Below, in pieces: positions 61,601 to 64,000 of a stretch of DNA of 64,000 nt (the stretch's first letter is position 1; every line of letters starts with the position of its first letter). The stretch covers positions 672,001 through 736,000 of the forward strand of contig CAXXNF010000002.1 of the NCBI GenBank assembly GCA_963666365.2, read 5' to 3'. The translations under genes were made by a program, and so were the position numbers. Under the pieces are notes generated by a model, which worked only from the letters and a program-made list of their open reading frames with translations, searched no databases and was not told the DNA's origin. This DNA comes from Syntrophales bacterium (GTDB lineage: Bacteria; Desulfobacterota; Syntrophia; Syntrophales; UBA2210).

Positions 61601-61835
61601 TGGCCTTTTCGAAGGTGAGGAGAATTTGCGATGCCTTTTTTTTCGTGAGTTCCTGGACCCAGTCTATCGAAAAGGCGCCGTTAAAAAGCGAGGCTATCGT
61701 GAGAACGTGCCTGTCTTCATCAGTGACGTGGTCAAGGTTGATGCCGGTGTTGCCCATAATTACATGGTTCTGTTTCTCCCCGGGCAATGCGTCCCATGTC
61801 CAGGGAAAAATAAGACTGCACTCCTTTGAGTTCAC
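58638..61835 (-). CDS. sigma54-dependent activator with TPR-like N-terminus, GAF, AAA+ and Fis HTH
   Basis: GETGVGKE, ELFGHEKGSFTGA, LFLDEIGD, WPGNVREL, GAAELLAIHPNTL; start uncertain (61757 possible). Confidence 0.92.
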   Translation of the reverse strand: MNSKECSLIFPWTWDALPGEKQNHVIMGNTGINLDHVTDEDRHVLTIASLFNGAFSIDWVQELTKKKASQILLTFEKAIALGYLQREGIGLYVFPDTKTLRMFQMNLRAEEKVLYHQLIAEMLIRELPDSSSKAAVIAPYLLNKINDINEYKWLIKAANYYRTGYRIEKALKCYVKILDDLSGICGEDADRIFCDAAIEYGKLNTARHDVKKVLSILDDAMFRAKNLNDLKYQAMIDMNISKNRWLQSHYKNALNHFENACAVAEELDDEKTIRSISNFKTFLLYWQGLFKDAVHDYEQSLSDVEKFPLGRFPLLAAMTIGTCYGQVGQITQGIGMIDSIRRQCVEKGDIGLAAHSSICIGAIMLDIGHIDDALQHLVPAVKEARKIQPEWTAIQGELMLAFAFYRKGENDRCLRHIRQFCKLSRQVDVSVRPWPYLMELCWAAEEGLLPALPDISIRKEIEDMVNTENVFLKGVAYRFKALLAKKEGASTDAIIATIEQSIKFLEISGHAIELAKSLVELSRAYLKKGNQSQALKSAESISRILSSLNESLIPDDIKPIIKTSTVHDGQLKKLASIIKDLSSMSTAKEAIQHIISSANRITGAERGGLFLCNPTSESRLFTLRASKNLTNQQINLPEFAASLRLMEEVAACGEGKLQDLRIGETLENPDGTPILSAACVPIIVKNNIMGVLYHDNRLLSNAFSISQLDRLSTLASYAALFLNNEVLQREHQELSVHIKEIKAHYEKQSQQHAPAHFENIIGKSLQIRQVLSQVEEIAQSDTTVLISGETGVGKELIAKAIVNHSHRKNKPFITLNCSALSEELIYSELFGHEKGSFTGADQRHIGRFEKAHEGTLFLDEIGDLPLGMQVRLLRVLETKEFERVGGKETIRSDFRLITATNRNLEQCIAGNAFRSDLFYRINVYPIFIPSLRDRRDDIPLLINHFLNVQALKTEKLARSISADGMTELIQYAWPGNVRELKNFVERYVASDSVNVRYCLNRDYKISSLDERSAVTLKENECRHIKWALEKTRGKIYGPGGAAELLAIHPNTLAFRMKKLGIKKPN

Positions 61836-61987
61836 GTGATTTCCTTTTTGTCAATAGTGGATGCCTGAATAATTGTCAATTTAAAACACCGGCTGCAGCA
61901 GCGAATAAAAGCATGCACTGCTTTTCGAAGGGCCTGACGATGCCTGCCATGAGCAGTCATGGCGCCGTAACGACATGCCGTTAATAT

Positions 61988-62003
61988 TCACAGTATATTG
62001 TGA
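61988..62003. promoter_or_regulatory. Putative upstream activator sequence TCACA-N6-TGTGA
   Basis: Palindrome about 75-90 bp upstream of the -24 box; further TGTGA at 62011 and 62027. Confidence 0.5.
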
Positions 62004-62076
62004 TTGCAGATGTGAGGACAGGCCGCTGTGAAGCCCTGTGTGGCGATATTGCAAGGTATTGTATGATAGGTCTCAG

Positions 62077-62092
62077 GGGCATGAATTTTGCT
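62077..62092 (+). promoter_or_regulatory. sigma54 (-24/-12) promoter
   Basis: GGGCATGAATTTTGCT has GG-N10-GC spacing and matches TGGCAC-N5-TTGCW except at 2 positions. Confidence 0.72.
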
Positions 62093-62148
62093 CATTGACA
62101 GCAGCGGGTGTCCGAATGCAACTAAAATTACCAGTGAGGAGTGAGAAG

Positions 62149-64000
62149 ATGGAACTGCAGACATTGAAACCGGAAACGCTGAGAAAGAAAGTCGTCAGCA
62201 GGGCAATACGCAATATAAAGCGTGGCAATGAAGACGATGATTCTAAAAGGGGGATGTTCCGACCGGAGATAAAACTGGATCTCCAGCGTTCCCGCCTGAT
62301 GACCCAGTCATACAAAGAGACCGAGGGGCAGCCCATGGTTTTGCGTCGAGCGAAAGCGTTGGCGAATGTTCTGAATCATATGGGCATATTTATCAGGGAT
62401 TATGAAAGAATTGTGGGGTATCAGACAGCGGACCCCAACGGTATTTTTCATCCCATTGACCAGAACTGGAAGTCACCGCTGAGGCTTGCCAACAGTGAAG
62501 CAGGAAAGACGCTGCTTGATGATGCAGGGCGAAAGGAATTGAATGAACTGTGTGAATATTGGAAAGGGAAATCGCAGAGCGATCGACATCAGGCGGCATT
62601 GCCTGAGGACCTGAAAAAATACTGGACCTATGAAGGCACGTTCCTCTGGTCTCAGTTGTCTGAACTTGGAATCCCCAACTATAAAAAGCTGTTCCGGCTG
62701 GGACTTAAAGGTCTGATAAAGGAAATTGCCGGGAGGATGGAGGCATTAGACCAGGAGATTCCTCCCGATTATGTTGAGCAGAAAAACTTTTTGCAGGCGG
62801 CGGTAATTTCCCTGGAAGCGGTGATAAATTTTGCCAGGCGCTACGCTGAACTGGCGAGACGCTCATCGGCAGAAGAAAAAAATACAGCCCGGAAAAAAAT
62901 CCTCAAGGAAATTGCCCGGACTTGCGCAAGGGTGCCGGAAAATCCGCCTCGTACATTCATCGAGGCCATACAGTTCTTCTATTTTATTCACCTGGTGCGG
63001 TACCTCGAATATTCAACGTTGGGTATCGGCGTACGAGTTGATCACCTGTTTGGCTCCTATTATGAAAAGGATTTGAAAGAGGGCACAATTACGGAGGAGG
63101 AGACGCTCGGCATTCTTCAGCTTCTCTGGATCAAGCTCAACGAATTGGGATTAGTATATTCCCCCACGGTAAGCTCTGTCTATGGAGGTGTTGCCTCATT
63201 GCAGGCAGTCACCATTGGAGGCACCGATGAAAACGGAAATGATGTGACGAACGATCTGACCTATATGGTGCTGGAGGCGGCAAAAACGCTGAAACTGATT
63301 GAGCCGAGCATTGCCCTGAGATTACATGAAGGTACACCGGCCGAGGTATACGAAAAGGCCGTCGAAGTGATTAAAACAGGCATCGGCTATCCGTCGCTTT
63401 TCAACGATGATGCGTTGATTCCCCTCTATGAACGCTGGGGCGTACCTGTTGAAGATGCAAAAAAGTATGCCGTTTCCGGGTGTGTCTATATAGAGATCCC
63501 TGGAAAAAATATTGTGCGCCGGTCGGTGGGGTATCCGGTGCTGGCGAAAATGCTCTGGTGGGCATTGCATCAGGGCGTGAACCCGAAAACGGGCGAGCAG
63601 CACGGCGCCCGGACGGCCGATCCGGCGACATTTACAAGCTGGAAAGATGTGCTGGATGCCTATTGCGAGCAGGTAAAATTCTTTTTCACCAAAATCGAAC
63701 ATTTGGAGCGGATTAATAATGAAATTTTAGCTGAATATAACCCACGTCCGTTCTATTCGGCTCTGCTGGATGGCTGCATTGAAAAGGGGAAAGACTGCAG
63801 AAAATGGGTCTATCCATCCATGATCCACCATTTCGCTCAGGTGATTGGTGGGGTTAATGTCGCCGATTCCATCACGGCCGTTCAAAAGGTGGTGTTTGAC
63901 GACAAACTGGTTAGCCTTCCGGAACTGATAAAAATTATGAATAAAAATTGGAAAGGCCGAGAAGATGTTCGTCAGGCCTGTCTGAACGCCCCCAAATTCG
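62149..64000 (+). CDS. Glycyl radical enzyme (PFL2/fumarate-adding-enzyme-like), truncated by the window end
   Basis: Open frame from ATG 62149 (GAGGAG RBS), absent from the ORF track: SYKETEGQPMVLRRAKAL, RVPENPPRTFIEAIQ, VTIGGTDENGNDVTNDLT, GYPSLFND, YAVSGCVY (Cys codon 63481), NVADSITA, APKF. Confidence 0.93.
   Translation, partial: MELQTLKPETLRKKVVSRAIRNIKRGNEDDDSKRGMFRPEIKLDLQRSRLMTQSYKETEGQPMVLRRAKALANVLNHMGIFIRDYERIVGYQTADPNGIFHPIDQNWKSPLRLANSEAGKTLLDDAGRKELNELCEYWKGKSQSDRHQAALPEDLKKYWTYEGTFLWSQLSELGIPNYKKLFRLGLKGLIKEIAGRMEALDQEIPPDYVEQKNFLQAAVISLEAVINFARRYAELARRSSAEEKNTARKKILKEIARTCARVPENPPRTFIEAIQFFYFIHLVRYLEYSTLGIGVRVDHLFGSYYEKDLKEGTITEEETLGILQLLWIKLNELGLVYSPTVSSVYGGVASLQAVTIGGTDENGNDVTNDLTYMVLEAAKTLKLIEPSIALRLHEGTPAEVYEKAVEVIKTGIGYPSLFNDDALIPLYERWGVPVEDAKKYAVSGCVYIEIPGKNIVRRSVGYPVLAKMLWWALHQGVNPKTGEQHGARTADPATFTSWKDVLDAYCEQVKFFFTKIEHLERINNEILAEYNPRPFYSALLDGCIEKGKDCRKWVYPSMIHHFAQVIGGVNVADSITAVQKVVFDDKLVSLPELIKIMNKNWKGREDVRQACLNAPKF

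Noticed and set aside
62041..62053. TGGCGATATTGCA as a sigma54 promoter
   Set aside because: GG-GC spacing is 7 rather than 10; the site at 62077-62092 fits.

Overview
Chromosomal segment (mostly housekeeping and metabolic genes) from an anaerobic bacterium. Gene content suggests Desulfobacterota/Syntrophales, which is an inference. From left to right: a MoxR-type AAA ATPase with a frameshifted CoxE-like VWA partner; a 4-subunit 2-oxoacid:ferredoxin oxidoreductase operon plus an ACT protein; an HTH-PAS-adenylate cyclase fusion with a 15-bp perfect inverted repeat upstream; an 8-gene surface-glycan cluster; hsp20-lon-(deleted sugar phosphorylase remnant)-pyk; AddAB-like genes; a 92-aa Cys-rich protein consisting of little more than sigma70 region 4, under a palindrome made of two inverted -35-like boxes; cmk-rpsA-sppA; M48 peptidase-pepA-oppDF; tRNA-Arg(UCG) and tRNA-Lys(CUU); an accessory-looking region (lipoproteins, serine hydrolase, dodecin, USP, metal ABC importer with a NikR-like palindrome, desulfoferrodoxin, NCS2-HATPase and MBL-HATPase fusions, secreted cNMP-SnoaL fusion, C45 lipoprotein); and a large sigma54 activator facing a glycyl radical enzyme with an unusual GCVY Cys loop, cut by the window end. 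I saw no CRISPR array, integrase, transposase or rRNA. The best candidates for undescribed systems are the HTH-cyclase with its operator array, the sigma4-only protein with its inverted -35 palindrome, and the glycyl radical enzyme locus. All family calls come from reading motifs by eye; no database search was run.
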